Positions 45,601-55,942 of a stretch of 64,000 nt of DNA are shown one piece after another (position 1 is the first letter of the stretch; every line of letters starts with the position of its first letter). This DNA is from Lama guanicoe. Taxonomy: Eukaryota. A program made the translations under genes and the position numbers. The notes beneath the pieces were generated by a model. The model was not told the DNA's origin and did no database searches. It saw nothing but the letters and a program-made list of their open reading frames with translations. The stretch lies in contig MU054338.1 of the NCBI GenBank assembly GCA_013239625.1, positions 870,001-934,000 on the forward strand. The letters are read 5' to 3'.

Positions 45601-48600
45601 TGCCCCCTCGGGCTTTGGGGAACAGGCCCTATGTTCCTCAGTCACCAGCATACCCTGTGGCACCCATAGATCTGGAGGCAACACCAGGCCCAGTCTATCC
45701 GTTGACCATGACATGGCTGCGACGGGGTCACCAGGCACACACCTGTCCCCCATCCCCTGCAACCTTCTCCGCAGAGCATGGTCCTGGGGGCGCCCCGACC
45801 AGCTCTGTTCTGCTGCCAGGGCAGGGATAGGGGACAAAGTACCCCTGAACATGTGTCCCTCAGACACTGGCAGACACACCATGGCCCTGGTACCCACGTG
45901 TGGACTGGCTGTGGTTGGAGAACTGCCGCCTCCCAGGCCCCGTTGGGGGCAGGGAGCAGACCCCCAGAAGTCGGGGTGTGGGGAGGCCTGCCCACGGTCC
46001 CTCCTGGAACAGGTGGTGGGTGCATTCCCCTCTCTGCCTGCGTTTCCACAAACTGCCCAGCTTTCCTCTGCAAGCAGCTACGCTTCACCACCGGGAGAGG
46101 TCAGCCTTCCCACCGTGGTTTTGGCCAGAGCCACAGCCGGGGCAGGCTCACCTTGACCGGGTTGGGGGAGTCGTACCGCACCCTCTGCCGGCTCTTGTTC
46201 ATCTTGCTCATCAGCATCTTGCCCGTGCGGAAGTCAAAGGTGCTCAGGTCCATGGAGCCCCCCAGGTACCGTGCCAGCTGTGGCTTGCTCCGAAACTTCT
46301 TCCCGCTTGGGCTGTGGACAGAGGGGCGGGTGGTGGGCAGGATGCCTGGGGCCGTCTCTGTCCCCCAACGCATCTCCCAACCTACAGAACGGTGGCGCCC
46401 AGCCCTGGGCGCCCGGCTGACACTTCTGGAACATTCCAGAAGTGGAATTAGGCTGTGTTCTTGAGAAAAGATCCAAGTATAGCAGGTATTTGAGGAACGA
46501 CCCCTAACAGCGGTCTTGTGATTACAGCGTTGAGGTTCTGTCCTAGGGGCTAGGCTGTAAAATCTCACGCTAAATTTTGGGACCAGGACCCCAAAGAGCT
46601 GCCCAGGCGTGATCTGCTGGGAAAGCTTGAAACCAGGTGTCATAAACCTAGAGAAGCAGCTCTGTGACCCTGCCTGCACTGTGGCCCAGCGCGCTCAGCT
46701 CTCTAGGAAATGACACTGGCCTCCGGCTGCTGCACGTGTTCAGTGAGCTCGGAGCTGGAAGTGACCAGCACAGGGCCCGGCAACGTTAACGACAGCTGGG
46801 CCGGGGTAACGTTAGCGACAGCTGTGCAGCCGCTTCCTTCATAACGCAGCCTGGCAGATCCGTAAACAATCAAACAGCAATTCAACCACCTCAAGTATCC
46901 TCAAGAAATCAAAACATATGTCCAAAGACACCTGATTATTCACAACAGCAGGGCTCACAACAGGCAAGTGAAAACAGCCCAAATGTCCCTCCACACACAG
47001 GAACATTATTCACTGATGAAAAGGAGAGAAGCCCTGACACTTGCTACCACGTGGACGGACCCTGAGAACACTGTGCTCAGTGAGAGAAGCAGACGCAGAA
47101 GGACACACAGTGTGTGACTCCATGGATTTGAGACGTCCAGAACAGGCCAGTCCACAGACACAGGGGGCTGCTGGTTGTCAGGGGCTGGGGCTTCCTTTTG
47201 GGGTCACAGATCTTCTAATCACAAGTGGCAGCCACACAACTCCATGAACATACTGACACCAGTTAACTACACTCACTACATCTCCTGCGCTTGCATGGTG
47301 CCCAGCAGGCCTCGCGCCTGTCTAGGACATCCCTGTCACTCACAGCCTTAAGCTGAGAAGGAGCTTTGTTTTGTCGACCTCCCCTGGAAAATTTTCAGGG
47401 TGAGCCCCTAATTCAAGCAAGCGCATGCCCCCTCCAGCCCCGCAGACAAGGGATGGTAGAGGGCAGTGTGGAGCCCATCACAGCCCCACTGGACCGGGCC
47501 AGTGGCTCGGCCAGGGACCAGGCGCCCAGCACAGGCAGCCCCCACGGCTGGGGATTCGGAGCCCCTCCACCACAGCCCCAGACTCTGGTGGAAGAGCCTC
47601 TTTTCTACCACACTCTGTGCTGGCTGGTGTGACCTGAGCCGCGTGCCTGGAGCAGCAGAAAGGACCCTGGGTCCCCACTTGGCTTCAGGTACGGCAACAG
47701 AAAGGACCCCAAGAGACACTCCTTGTGTCTTTGCCTCCAGTCCCCCTATTCGCTGCTTTTGTGCTTAAGACGATGGATGAGAACAGGGAGACAGAAATAG
47801 ACTGGAGGTTAGCAGGGCTTCGGGCCAGGGAATGGGGTGCCGAGCAGTGACAGTGAAAGGTCTGGGGCTCCTCTTAGGCTGAGGAAGCTGCTCTATGGGA
47901 ACAGCGGTGACGGTGTACTCAGGCAAACTGTATAGCATGTGACTCCTACCAGGACAAAGGTGTTAAAAAATGAACCCCAGACAGAAAGTGGATTGGGGGT
48001 TGCCAGGAGCCGGGGGAGGGGCTGGGGAGTGGCACTAAGGGGCACAGGGCTCATTCTGGGGCTCTGCGAATGTCCTAGAACTAGACAGCGGTGACACAAC
48101 TGTGTGAACAGCCCAAAAACTGCTGAGCGGGACGCTTTTAAAGGGTGAATTGTATGTAATGTGAATTATATCTCAATTTTTAGACCAGTTTTGCAGATCT
48201 GTACTGACAGGCAGCCAGGAGCCCCAGGCCGGAGGGTGCTCTGGGCTGAGTCAGGGATGCCCTGAAGGCCTGTGGACATCAGAACCTCCCAGGCTGGAGC
48301 CTGGCTGGCCTCGGGGACGGGAGCCAGTGCTCGGCATCGAGCCCAGGGCCTGAGATGGATGCAGGACTGAAAGGCAGCCTGGGCCCCAGGAGGAAGGGGC
48401 AGTGGGTGTTGACACCCCTCCGGTCAGAAGGCTTGTCCCTTGCGCTGCCCAGTGAGCCCCACACGGCAAGATGCAGCCGGTCATGGCCAAGCTGAGCCTA
48501 ACTTCCCACAAGTGCTCAATTTCTTGTCCAACTGAACACACCAGGCAGGGAGACTATTTTCCCAAAGAAAATGCTCAGCTGCAACCAGATGTTCCACCCC

Positions 48601-50890
48601 CACCTCCCGGGCCACCAGAACCTGGATCAAAACCTGAGGACCAGACTGCCCACTTGGAGGGGTGTGGGTCAGTGCCCACAGGGCGATCTGTGAGGTCACA
48701 CCACATCTCCAGGGTGACAATCTTGCAAGGAACACATTTGCTCCCTCCCACTCTCTGGACCAGGACACCAAGGCTCCACAGGCTTGCAGGCAGCACTAGG
48801 ACCCAAGCCAGGTCTGTCTGACTCAATGGCCTGAGACCTGCCTTCCATCCGCATTTAAGAGAACCACATGTGCTCCTGCCTAGTTGCCTGGCTCTGCAGG
48901 GTGGCCAGTGGGTGGTGAGAGGGCCAAGGACCCACTTTTCAGAAAACACCATGGGCTCCGTATCACATTTCCCTAGACCTTCCACCTGGTGGGACCGGAG
49001 GGTCACAGGTCAGACCTAGGAGTGGCACTGGACCCTGCAAGCCCCGCTCTCCTGTCTCAGGCCCTCACTTCTCAGAGGAGCCATGGGAAACCTGGGATTC
49101 CATCTGTCTAGCCCGTTTGGAGCTTTTCGCTACCACTAGACCCTAATGCTCAGGGCTGGGGCCTTGGAGTGGTGTCCCACTAGGCTGAGGCCCTGAGAAG
49201 CCCAGGCAGGTAGGGATGAAAGGTGGGTGATGATGGTCTGGGTCACTCCAGCCACACCGGCCTTGGCTCAGCTCCCGACCCTCTGCACAGGCTGTTTGGG
49301 ATATCTGGGCGGCTCCTCCTGGATCTCCTGCCAGGGCTCTGCTCTGTCAGCACCGCAGAGAGGCGCTCATTGGGCTGCCTCAGCTCAACCAGGTGCCCCC
49401 ATCAGCTGCCCTCAGACTCCTGCACCCCTCCCATGTCATCACCTGTAACTGTGGGGTGACGCCTGGGGCATCAGCTGCGACCCAGGAGGGGAGGACCCCG
49501 GTCTTCTTCCCACTGAGTGGCCAGGACCCCACACCACCAGACACTGAGCAGGTACTGCAGAGGTGTCTGTTAAGTTAACAAATAACTAGAGGCAGAAAAA
49601 CCTGTCTTTAGTTCTAAAAGGAAGAAGTGAGCACACAAACGTGCTTGGAATTAAGTGAGGACAAGTGGTTCCTAGCCTGAACCTCCAAGGGCCCAGGAGA
49701 ACTTTACTACAAGGACTTAAGTTTTCTAAGCAGACAGCGAAGGCGTGACGTCATAGACAGCTGCAATGAAGGGGACACACAATCATGTCCCTACGAGATG
49801 CAGACTGTACTCCCTCCACCAACCCTGGAGACTAGATCCTGAGTCTATCCTGAACAGGCTGCCGTCCTTTCCCTCCTCTCAAACGGGGCTAGCAAAGGCC
49901 CAGGACCTGCTGCACAACCCCCAACACCTGGCGGGCATTCAGCACGTGGCAGGTGTCCTGCCTGCCTTCCTTTCATCAGGGTCCTGAAGCAAAGCGGAGA
50001 GAGCCATCAAAGCTGGCTAAGAAACAAAAGCATCTTCCACCAGTCAGAGAAAGAAAAAAAGGAAGAAAAAGGCAAACAGCAGGTGGCCGACATTCTGGGA
50101 CTGGGCTTCCAGCTGCCTGCTAATTCTTTGTTCCATCAAGCGGGGAGCGGTCCCTGCCACCTCGCCCAGGCCAAGTGCAGCCATCCCCCGTCTTGCGACT
50201 GAAGGGGCCACGACCCACTGAGAGGCGCCGGTTTCGGAACCTGCCCAAGGGTGGGGGAGGAGCGGGTCTTAAAATACACGCAGCCCCAGAGACCGGCCTC
50301 CCTGGGAAAGGCCCAGGGACCTGCATTCCTAGGCAGCGCTCCCAGCGCCCCCAGAGCAAACCCTGCTCCTCGAAACCCCGGCTCGCCACCCGCCTCAGGC
50401 TGCGCGCGACCCGGGAATGCCCCATGCGGATAAAAGGGACAGCCCAGCCCCCACCCCCGCCTCCCAGCGGCGTCTGGCCCGCACCGGGGCCCCTCGCCCA
50501 GCCGGCCGCTTCCCTGCGGCCGCCGAACAAAGGGCGCCGCCCGCCCGGAACCGAACCCAGGGCCATGCGGCCGCGCGGGGTGCGCACGCGCACTGGACCT
50601 GGGCCCCGCCAGGCACGCACGCGCACTGGGCCAAACGCCCGCCGCGCGCCGGCACGCACGCACGCACGCACGACGCACGCGCGGGGCCCAGGCCGCGGCC
50701 CGGGTCGGGACGCCCAGGCCGCCGCAGAGGCCGCTGGGAGGCGCCCGTTGGGGCCCTACCCGGCCGGCACGTTCATTCACCTATAGTAAAAGACATCCCT
50801 GTGGCCGGCCGACAGCCCCGACCTTCTGGGCACTTCTTCCCTCTCCCAGCCCTGCGGGAGCGCCGGGCACTCCCACCTCTTCCGCTCCAT
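42455..50890 (-). CDS. MBD3: Methyl-CpG-binding domain protein 3 (NuRD subunit), 291 aa; complement(join(42455..42653,43938..44115,44531..44621,45380..45517,46152..46311,50781..50890))
   Basis: MERKRWECPALPQGWEREEVPRRSGLSAGHRDVFYYSPSGKKFRSKPQLARYL, with the MBD3-specific His30/Phe34; coiled coil KQEELVQQVRKRLEEAL; acidic tail. 876 nt, all introns GT-AG. Confidence 0.97.
43938..44115 (-). CDS. MBD3: MBD3 exon 5
   Basis: VGPGCTDETLLSAIASALH...VTDEDI; CAGCAG tandem acceptor. Confidence 0.93.
44531..44621 (-). CDS. MBD3: MBD3 exon 4
   Basis: LFWEKKLSGL...PKGLQ. Confidence 0.95.
45380..45517 (-). CDS. MBD3: MBD3 exon 3
   Basis: GKPDLNTALPVRQTASIFKQPVT...PRQ. Confidence 0.95.
46152..46311 (-). 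CDS. MBD3: MBD3 exon 2
   Basis: PSGKKFRSK...YDSPNPVK. Confidence 0.95.
46880..47270 (+). mobile_element. L1MB-like LINE 3' end in MBD3 intron 1
   Basis: Homologous to 17100-17450. Confidence 0.7.
47760..48180 (+). mobile_element. L1MB-like terminal fragments
   Basis: TTTTAAAGGGTGAATTGTATGTAATGTGAATTATATCTCAAT. Confidence 0.65.
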
Positions 50891-51320
50891 CGCGCCCGGC
50901 TCCTCGGCCCGCGCCGCCGCCGCCGCCGCGCGGACCCCCGCTCACCGCCGCTGCCTCAGCTGCCTCAGCTGCCTCTGCCGCTGCCGCCGCCACTTGCCAC
51001 GGCTGTTCCGGCCCGTGGGCCCCCTCCCTCCGCCCCCAGCTAACGCCCACCCGCCCGCCCGCGGGGCCCCGTGCTGCGCAGGCGCCGCGCAGGCCCCACC
51101 CCGTCCACCTTGCCCCTCGGCGGCCGCGCCAATCAGCACGCGGCTGGGAGGCGGGGCCGGCGGCGGCGCGACGCTCGTCCTCCCCGCGCCTGCGCTCTGA
51201 GTCCTGCGAGCTACCAGTGGTCCCCGTCGGTCTCCGTGCTGCGGGCGGTCGTCTCTCTTCTGCGTCTTTCCCACAGCCCTGTCTGGGTCCCGGGATGCCC
51301 GTCAGTGACAGACCGCCATT
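50180..51320 (-). promoter_or_regulatory. MBD3 CpG-island promoter
   Basis: Dense CpG, CCAAT at 51129, GC boxes, GGC repeats in the 5' UTR. Confidence 0.85.
50781..50890 (-). CDS. MBD3: MBD3 exon 1
   Basis: ATG at 50890; donor AG|gtgaat. Confidence 0.95.
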
Positions 51321-52525
51321 TACTTGGCGCCCTGGTCTCCCAACGTCTAGGCTTGTCACTGGCATCCACATCTAGGAGCGTTGTCCATGACCACCCACCA
51401 TCACACCCCAGATCCCACCCGGCGATTAATAACACCTCAGAATCCAGGAGTCAGTCCCCCTCTCCTCGTCTCCACCTTAGTCCAGCCACCTTCTGTCTCC
51501 TGGGGGTCCAGGACCTTCTTCCGGAATCTCCCGCCCGCAGTGTCCCTTCCCCCTCCCCCAGACCCTACCCCTCGCCTGGCCGCGCTGGTCACCAGGGCAG
51601 GGCCTGGCCGGCCCAGGGAAGTGTTCAAGGAAAGATTGCTGAGTGAGTGACTGGAGCTGTGGCCAGTGCCAGGAGGAGGCTGGACCTCCTGACGGGTCTG
51701 TCCTGGCGTCCGGTTCCTGGGTGAGTAGAGGAGATGCGGGCGTAAAGGCCCCAGGCTCCAAGGAGGGAAGCGGGGTGGGGGCGGTGGTCTGAGCACCTGG
51801 AACTCTCCGCAGGTGTCTTCCCAGCCCTGGGAAGCCCCCTGTTCCGTGCTCATGTTGAAGACGGGTGCTGGGTGTACAACCAAAGACTGCGGCAGGCAGC
51901 TGTCACTAGTTTATCTTAAAGCCTTCAGGTAAGTGCAGCTTCTCACAGTTCCTGTGTCCCTTTCCCTCCTGGGTTCTCTGCTCTCGCAGGTAAAATAAGA
52001 GCCCAGGCAGGCACCTTGACCAGCCAGCAGCCACCAGTTGCTGAGCTGGTTCGGGACACGGGGTTCCTGTGCACAGGATTCAGGCCCAAACCCAGGCCAC
52101 CCATGGGGGGCAGTGCTGGCATTTGATGTGTTTTCATCCAGCTTGTGGGACTTTTGAAACTTAAAAACCACAGTTACAAAGATACAGGTGTGCACTGTCA
52201 TCAGCGAGACCACGTGAAGACGTTTAAGGGAACGAATGTTAGCCTCCCTGTGTCGAGAGTCCCCAGACCACCCTACGCCCTGCTTTCACTTCTCTTGAGT
52301 TTATATTCAGAACTGGGCCTACTGGGTCCCATGGTGATCCCACGTTTAAGTGTTTGAGGAACTGCCACTGTTCTCCACAGCAGCTGCCCCCTTTACTGCC
52401 TGCCAGCAGTAAAGGAAGGCTCTGATTTCTCCAGCCTCAAATCTTTTATCATCTGGGTCTTGACAGTCAAATACTGAAGGGGGCGTGGTGTCAGATCATA
52501 GGATTTGACCTCAAGAACTGCTGCT

Positions 52526-52640
52526 GGGGGGAAGGTATAGCTCAAGTGGTGGAGTTTAGCATACACAAGGTCCTGGGCTCAACCCCCAGTACTTCCTCTA
52601 AAAATAAATAAAGTCTAATTACCTCCCCACCAAAAACAAA
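52526..52640 (+). mobile_element. tRNA-Ala-derived SINE (Vic-1-like)
   Basis: GGTATAGCTCAAGTGG...ctaattacctcccc; degenerate target-site duplication aagaactgctgct/aagaaccactatt. Confidence 0.8.
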
Positions 52641-53179
52641 AAGAACCACTATTGGAAATGCATCCTGTCCCACCTTGAGAACCAGCCCTGCTGGCCCTCA
52701 CTTCTCAGGGAATCTGACCCCCATGGACCCAGGTTGACCCCAAAGCATAGACTGTGGGTCCCCACGTCACTTGGCCCAAGCCAAGCCTCTGGGATCATCC
52801 TTGAGGGACTGGTCCAGAGGCCTGACTGGGAGGGTGGATGTGACCCAGAGGTGCCAGGGGCAGATAGCAGAGATGAGAAGCCAGGACACTTGGAAGGGAC
52901 AGAAGCTGGGCAGCTCCTCCTGTTTGGCTGGGCACTGCTGCTTTGAAACAGTCTCTTTGCCCAGGCCTGCTTGCCCAGTCCCCAAGCAGACACCCTGTCC
53001 TGCTCATTTCCACAAGGTGAAAAACAGAAATTAAACCAGGATGAGAGCCTTGATAAGACTTTTGGAGGCAGTCTCTCCTCTGGCACTGCTGACATCAGGG
53101 CCAGGTCATCCTCTCTTGGGGAGAGGGTGTCCCTGCCCCCCTTCAACCCCCACTCATGACAAGCACAGCCATCCCCAGG

Positions 53180-53830
53180 CAAGGGTCCCTGCAAGCCAAT
53201 AGGAGGCAAGCAGGGCACTTAACTGGGGCACAAAATTGTGCAAGTACCAAAAACACCCATCAGGATTAATGGCAGTTAATGCAGCATTTCAGCAATCCAG
53301 AATGAATGCCAGAAATCCATGATGAACAAAGTACCAAATTTTAAAGGCAGATTGCACAGTGCTGGGCCATTTTGGAGTCCAAAACAAAATGGAAAAGATA
53401 AGCCCTTTATTCTTGGTTTTTTAATGTAGTTTTTGATGGTTGACGCTCCTCCCAGAACATTAAAGTGGTTGAAAAAGACTGAAGTTACTGAAAAGGAATT
53501 GTAAGTTTAAGCTTAAACAGTCTACTTACTCCAAACCTGAGTTTACTGGAATTTTACTTCTCCGGCTTTCACAGATGCAGACTCAGAAACGTTTTCATTA
53601 AAACCATTTACAAAAATACGTAAAAACTGTGAATAGGGGCTCACATGTCATTGTTTCAGGCTTTGATGGGGGGACTGTAGGGCTGTCTGCACCTGCGTGA
53701 GTTAGAAATCGTTGAAAAAGAAAACTTACTTCACATTCCATCACTTACAGGTATTTAAGTGACATCTGTTCATTGACGTCTGAAATAAGTCATCCATGGA
53801 CACTGTTGTGATGGGATGACAGGAAGTGAA
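53180..53830. mobile_element. hAT-Tip100 (MER91/Zaphod-like) remnant
   Basis: AT-rich island containing AAATCCATGATGAACAAA. Confidence 0.45.
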
Positions 53831-54009
53831 TGTCCCTGGCTAGCTGACTGGTGAGTAAACTTTGGTACTCAGCAGCCGTTTAAAACCTGAGGATGCCGAG
53901 CGCTTCCTGAAGTGGCAGCGCCTCTGGGAAATAAGCTGTGTGTAAAAGCTAAGTGTGCAGAAACGTGTGCAGCGGCTGCCACTGCTTGTGTTAGAAACAC
54001 ACAGAGCCA

Positions 54010-54960
54010 TTCTGGACTGAAAGTGTGCGCCCCCCCGAAATGATATCAAAGCCCTAACCCCCACCCCTGGCGTGGCTGTACCTGGAAATGGGGCCCCTAC
54101 AGACATACTCAAGGGCAAATGAGGTCAGGAGGGTGTGGCCCTGATCCCACAGAATTCATAGAGCTCACCTGCTCACCCATCAAGGAAAGGCCGTGTGTGG
54201 ACACAGAGAGAAGGTAGCCGCCTGCACGGCCGGAAGTGGGCCCTCCCCGGGAGCTGGCCCTGCCCCAGCCCTGACCTCAGAGTTCCCAGCTCCAGAGCTG
54301 TGAGGTAGTTCATTCTGTTGTTTAAACTGCCAGGCCTGTTGTGGCAGCTCCAGCAGACTAATAAGACAGCTATTTTCACCAACAGAATGTTTCTCAGACT
54401 TTTCAAGAATGTGGCGACAGTTGGAGAGATCTGCGTGCCAGGAGGGAAATGCCTGTGCCCACGTGTCCTCGTGTACCCAGCCGGCTCATTTTTGTGTTCT
54501 TTGTGATGGTTTAACACATCTCCACCTTCTGAAGTTCCCCATTCAAGACACAGAACCTAATTCTTCTCCCAAGAGTAGGCAGACATAGGGATGTGAGCCT
54601 AAGGAATAAAATGTGGAGAAAGCCAAGGCATGAGACATCTGAGTGGGTCACAAAAGGCACAGAGGCTCCCCCCGCTGGCTCTGGGGGAGCCGCCGCCCTG
54701 CTGGAGGAGGCTCAGGCAGCGTTGCGGTGGCCCCATGGGGAGGAGCATAGGAGGGGCCGCCCCAGAAGCGTACCCCCTGCCCGTCGTCAGGCCTTCAGAT
54801 GAGGCAGCCTGGCTGATGCCTCATCTGCAGCCTCGCGAGGGACCCTCAGTCAGAGCCCCCTAGACAGATCACTCCCAGAGTCTTACAGTGAGACAGTTTG
54901 TTGTTTTAAGCTACTAAATCAGGGAGTAACTTGTTAAGACAGTGAGAGGTAAGAACACTG
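54010..54960 (+). mobile_element. Two MaLR LTRs (about 54010-54366 and 54490-54958)
   Basis: MLT1 3' motifs TGTTGTTTAAAC and GTTGTTTTAAGCTACTAA. Confidence 0.55.
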
Positions 54961-55104
54961 TGCAGGTACCGTCCATTAAGCATGTTAAATAATATTTCTG
55001 CCGGCCACTGGGAAGCTCCTAGATTTGCACAGTTTTAGAGCTGAAAGGATCCCTGGGGCCCCTGGGCTTGCAGACAAGGTAACCAAGCCCCAGCGTGAGC
55101 ACGT

Positions 55105-55259
55105 CCAGGTTTCAGAGTGAGTTTAATGCTGTGTGTGTTCACACACCAAAGCTATTTTCACAAACACAGTCTAACTCGTGCTGTGAATTTCCTCCAGGTC
55201 CATCCTGAGCGCGTGGGCTGTTCCAGAGGCAGATGGAAGGAGGCAGCACTGCCAGATAC
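55105..55259 (-). other. UQCR11: Probable UQCR11 non-coding exon 3
   Basis: Donor CTG|gtaagt at 55795; acceptor ctctgttcccctccag| at 55260; ATTAAA at 55122-55127. Confidence 0.6.
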
Positions 55260-55821
55260 CTGGAGGGGAACAGAGCAGGGTGAGCAGCAGACTCCCGGCT
55301 CCCTCGTTCTTTGGAGAAGGAAGGTGCTGGGCACCGAGGAGGGATGCACACGCTGCGGCCAGGCTCTGAGACGGGATCTGGCTGTGAGGCCTAGGAGTCT
55401 GGGAGGCGGGGTTGCACATGCTCCAGACTGTCAGGTGGACAGCACAGCACCAGCATCATCTGCTCACAGCTGTCCATCCGGGGGCCAGCCTCCACCTTCC
55501 CCATCTGTAAAATGGGGCATCCCTCCGTCCACCCAGGGCTGGGCAGGCTGAGACCCAGAAGCAGTGCCCACTCCCCAGTCCCACAGACGGAGGCTGCCAG
55601 CTGGCCCCTCTGCGCTGCTATGCAGGTGCTTAAAGAGGCCTGTGCAGAACTCTGCCCTCAGGCAGAATTCTCCAGGTAAGCCCTCCAGCCCTGCTGCCCC
55701 AGCCGTGTGGGGAGCACGCCTGCGGGGGTGGGGGGCCTGCTCCTCCACTGCTTGTAATCACAGGCTACACCCACCAACAGCTGCTAAAACTTACCAGCGG
55801 GGTTCAGGGGGGTCAGTTTAA

Positions 55822-55942
55822 TTAATCATTCTTCTTAAACTTGCCGTTGATGTAGGGAACCCAGTCCAGAATCAGCCTCCAGTCAGTGGCCCACACGAGC
55901 CCCACGGTGCCCACAGCGCCCCACATGCCCGCTGTCGGAATC
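55822..55942 (-). CDS. UQCR11: UQCR11 exon 2 coding part
   Basis: ttgcag| acceptor; transmembrane helix; TAA. Confidence 0.94.

Noticed and set aside
45518..45631. Mouse Mbd3c-type N-terminal extension from intron 2 into exon 3
   Set aside because: The frame is open for only 37 codons up to an in-frame TAG at 45629-45631 and contains no ATG.
53180..53830. AT-rich island as foreign DNA or NUMT
   Set aside because: It resembles an old hAT transposon remnant; no mitochondrial gene or ORF is visible.
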